A DNA stretch of 63,526 bases, the filler included, from Octopus bimaculoides (Eukaryota), in the NCBI RefSeq assembly GCF_001194135.2. It is 7 parts of 6 records of this genome, joined end to end, with 100 filler letters (N's around TTAATTAATTAA, not from the genome) between each part and the next. Parts side by side here need not be neighbours in the genome. Positions count along the whole stretch, not along the records: positions 62,015 to 63,526 come from NW_026432607.1; 6 more parts are not named here. One strand, 5' to 3'. The translations under genes and the position numbers were made by a program. Below, piece after piece: positions 63,495 through 63,526 of the stretch; within the stretch, counting starts at the first letter, position 1, and each line of letters starts with the position of its first letter. Below the pieces are notes generated by a model. The model ran no database searches, was not told the origin of the DNA, and saw only the letters and a program-made list of their open reading frames with translations.

Positions 63495-63526
<32 letters not shown>

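Overview
Eukaryotic, AT-rich, repeat-saturated draft-assembly sequence with many N gaps. It is most consistent with an intronic or intergenic region of a cephalopod genome (Octopus-like, an inference from the tRNA-derived SINE families and extreme microsatellite density). No complete protein-coding gene is recognisable, and almost all ORFs in the track are microsatellite or N-run artefacts. Supported content: about 30 SINE copies from at least 4 families; a decayed Ty3/Gypsy gag-protease; two L1/Tx1-like LINE relics plus a LINE 3' end; an R4/Dong-like RT (YMDD) fragment fused to a (TAA)n run; two Penelope-like fragments with hammerhead-like cores; hAT and mariner-type MITEs (one with perfect TIRs and an 8-bp TSD); a solitary tRNA-like Pol III unit; and many microsatellites. 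The signals least explained by these are: a pre-miRNA-like hairpin at 26004-26072; a ~107-bp-arm fold-back at 26752-26976, about 0.7 kb away; a degenerate ~170-bp higher-order tandem array at ~52500-53495; a LINE-type 3' end shared with a SINE; and a GC3-skewed coding-like fragment fused to telomere-like repeats at 6404-6590. Several isolated exon candidates are listed at low confidence only. Repeat boundaries are approximate and were read by eye.
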